A DNA stretch of 64,000 bases from the human T2T-CHM13v2.0 reference genome, Homo sapiens, in assembly GCF_009914755.1 (NCBI RefSeq), contig NC_060946.1. One strand, 5' to 3'. The notes under the pieces are model-generated. The model was not told where the DNA came from. It saw only the letters and a program-made list of their open reading frames with translations, and made no database searches. Within the stretch, counting starts at the first letter, position 1, and each line of letters starts with the position of its first letter. Shown here piece by piece: positions 54,813 through 64,000 of this stretch. Position numbers and translations under genes: made by a program.

Positions 54813-54964
54813 GCCCAGCAGATGTTTGAGGGGGAGGTGGCGAGCCTGGAGGCCCTCCAGAGCACGGGCCTGGTGCAGGCGCCGAGGCCCATGAAGGTCA
54901 TCGATTTGCCGAGAGGTGTGGCCGCCTTTGTGATGGAGCATTTGAAGATGAGGAGCTTGAGCAG
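54813..54964 (+). pseudogene. Isolated duplicated copy of FN3K (fructosamine-3-kinase) exon 2; unprocessed gene fragment
   Basis: cag|GCC CAG CAG ATG ... AGC AG|gtgagc, 152 nt, encoding [50 protein letters not shown] versus FN3K [50 protein letters not shown] (recalled). Confidence 0.9.
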
Positions 54965-55214
54965 GTGAGCATGTGTGAGAGACCCATAGGCACACATGTG
55001 TACAGGCAGAGAGAGACTCAGAGGAGACAGAGTGACACAGAGAGAGACAGAGATAGGGATGGGCAGAGGGAGACAGAGAAATGGAGTAGGCTCTGGCTGA
55101 GCCATCCACACAACTGCCCAGTTATCAGAGGCAGGACCAAGAGTTCCACCCTGCCATTCTTAATGGAGATTAAAAGTTACTGCTTTCTGATATATGACTT
55201 TTTTTTAAGATTAG

Positions 55215-57251
<2,037 letters not shown>

Positions 57252-59270
57252 CTACACTGTGATGCAACAAGAGCGTCCCTCACCTCTCCTGCCATGTTGA
57301 ACTTGCCGCTGAATTGCCACTATCTCCCTGACCTCTCCCTAGACCACCTCAGCCTCCAGGGACCTACATATGCCGCCGGTGCATTTCTCCTTTGTCACAT
57401 AAGGTTTTGTGATTGACGAAAAGCAATCTTACTTTGGGAGCCTGGGTCTATACAAAATATTGTATTATATTTATTCACTAAGCCTATTTCTTAAAGATAA
57501 TCAGTTACAGATATTTTGAAAATACAACGTCAGGTCACTTAAAAATACCCGCTGTTTCCCATGCGGTAGGTCTGCTCGCAGGCTTGCGTTTCTATCCCAC
57601 GTCTGTGCTCCTTGGTCAGAGGCGCTCCTGCTCACACAGGCAGGAAGGGCGGCTCCTCATAGAGGGAGGTGTGGGCCGGGAGCTGATGCTCTAACTCTGC
57701 TGCACCAGGGAGCTTCAACGAGGCTGACAGGCCTCACTGACCACCAGGGGTCCTGCTGGTTCTAATTCATCAGTGTCCATGGGTAGCTCACAGAATTTGA
57801 GTATTTCTGAGGATTTTTTCCTGGCTTTATTGAGGCATAATTGAAAAATTTTAAAATGTGTATATATAAAGTGTACAATGTGAAGTTTTGATATATGCAA
57901 ACTATGAAATGACCACCATCAAGCTAATGAACGTATCCATCGCTTCACATTGTTGCCATTTGTGTGTGTGGTGAGGATATTCGAGGTGCACTTTCTCATA
58001 GATCTCGAGCGTGCAATTAATCACTATGAACTACGGTCACCATGCTGCGTGTCAGGTCTCCAGAACGTACTCATCGCATCACTGAAACTTTGTGCCCTTT
58101 CACCGTCTTCCCCATCTTTTTCATTCTCCGACACCACCCTTCTACTCTGTTTCCATGACTTGGACATTTTAGGCTAATGGCTGGGCAAAAATCTGTGGTA
58201 TGTACACAGAGAGATGACATCAGCTATGTGAGCACGGGGGCCGCCTTTTAACCATGAGTGGTGTCTTGGAACTCCGTATGCCCAGGTACTTCCAGGCATA
58301 TACATGGGGGTGGGTCACCCCTGCACTGCGACCAGTGAGCCTGCCGCTGAGTGATGAATGCCACCCAGTAGTCTTGAGCTTCCACATGCCCCGCCCCCCA
58401 CCACTCACCCTGCAGCTCTCTCACAGAGAAGCTCAGGAGCCTGGGTCATTCTCTGTACCTCATTTTCCGAGGCGTGGGGCTGGAAAGCCCGTGGGCAAGG
58501 CTGTGGTGAGCCATGAACGCGTCAATGTGTGGAAAGCCCACAGCGGCGGTGGGGTTCCCTTGGAGAATGTAGATGAGGCACCTGTGCTGTGTAGATGGGA
58601 CACATCCCCTGAGGAGACACACTCCCACACACATTCACAGTCACACCACATGACACCCACGCAGACCCCCCAGAGCCCCATGCACAAAAACCCACCCACC
58701 TAGAGGGACATGGCTGCTCCAGGGACTGTACGATGAGGCCATGGTTCTTTACCTGCAAAAACCGCTCCTTCCACCACCCCTGCCTGGTGGCCAGCAGGAA
58801 GCTGGAGTCAGATCTCCAGACTGAAGCCAGCAGGAAAGCCCCGCCTTTCTTTTCATCTGGATTTTTCAGCAGCAAGTCAGTGATTGCAGAATACAGACTC
58901 CTTTCCTGAGGCCACCTACAATTACAGGAGAGAAGAGACCATGAAGACCAAGTCACGTACGTGGTGTTTCTCAGGCCTTTTGTTCCCCCTGTGAACACAG
59001 AATCCCAGATGGAAAGCAGTGGTCAAAGGCTCCAGAGGCCAGCACAGACGACACCTTGTGGGAGGTGCAGGCTCTCCCTGGCAGACGCGTCTCTCTAGTT
59101 CACTGTGGCTGCCAATCACAAAACTCTTAATCCAGAGAGAACTTGCTGCTGAGCAAAACTTCCCCTTTCACACAGCTTGAAGCCTGATGTTGCCCCTCCT
59201 GACTGTCCTCTCTAACCAGTGTCTTCTGCAAGAGTCGGCCAGAGTCAGTGCAGGCTGCTAGAATAATACT

Positions 59271-62760
<3,490 letters not shown>

Positions 62761-62845
62761 ACAAACTACATCTGGAAACTGCAAATCATGAAAGGACTGA
62801 GAATGTTTGAGGGTCAGGTAAAATTATGGTTAAAATATGGTTAAA

Positions 62846-63595
<750 letters not shown>

Positions 63596-63740
63596 GAGCA
63601 GTCAACTTCTTAACCCATTAGTAAATTGCAGGCAGTGGTGAATCGTGATTGGACTCCTGCTTTAGAAACCTCCACACAGTCTCGCGCCTGCAGCCCGTCC
63701 CGCCCCAGCCGCTGCGGCCTGCACCGGACCCAGAGCCGCC

Positions 63741-63971
63741 ATGCCCAAGTGCCCCGCGTGCGACAAGGTGTACTTCGCCGAGAGGGTGACCTCTCTAGGC
63801 AAGGACTGGCATCGGCCCTGCCTGAAGTGTGAGAAATGTGGGAAGACGCTGACTTCCGGGGGCCACGCTGAGCATGAAGGCAAACCCTACGGCAACCACC
63901 CCTGCTACGCCGCCATGTTTGGGCCTAAAGGCTTTGGGCGGGGTGGACCCGAGAGCCACACTTTCAAGTAA
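63741..63971 (+). pseudogene. CRIP1P4: CRIP1 processed pseudogene with an open 76-aa LIM-domain ORF; 5'UTR from ~63678; 3'UTR runs off the window
   Basis: Intronless [76 protein letters not shown], nearly identical to CRIP1; Kozak context gccgccATG. Paralog number inferred from context. Confidence 0.9.
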
Positions 63972-64000
63972 ACTTGGGTGGGGGAGACTCCATTCTTGGC

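Noticed and set aside
54695-55111. Minus-strand 138-aa and 112-aa ORFs
   Set aside because: Antisense to the FN3K-derived exon and the adjacent GA-rich tract.

Overview
This is primate, almost certainly human, genomic DNA from a segmental-duplication mosaic. The gene order (BCR-like 3' exons, a POM121L-like ORF, an ARL5A retrocopy, a CRIP1 retrocopy) fits my recollection of the distal chr22q11.23 low-copy repeat, so the specific symbols BCRP3, POM121L10P, ARL5AP4 and CRIP1P4 are inferred, not looked up. No intact canonical protein-coding gene is evident. Main contents: (1) the last three exons and 3'UTR of an unprocessed BCR pseudogene (+), still splice-competent and in frame; (2) a 428-codon POM121L1-type ORF (-) built from a ~930-bp tandem unit, behind a CpG-rich promoter with RFX, MYB, YY1 and TATA-like motifs; (3) Alu, L1, LTR and DNA-transposon debris, including duplicated inverted Alu pairs, an LTR8 and a micro-inversion inside an MLT2 LTR; (4) a ~290-bp CCAAT/TATA palindrome plus a G-rich arm (REP522-like); (5) an ARL5A processed pseudogene whose 3'UTR carries a full-length ACTR2 processed pseudogene and a solo LTR7; (6) an orphan copy of FN3K exon 2; (7) a CRIP1 retrocopy with an open ORF that has lost one zinc ligand. 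I found no clearly new biological system. The best testable leads are the antisense-to-parent transcription arrangements (POM121L promoter reading into the BCR copy; LTR7 reading into the ACTR2/ARL5A copies) and the pseudogene ORFs that remain open. Repeat boundaries are estimated by eye, and parent-gene comparisons are from memory.
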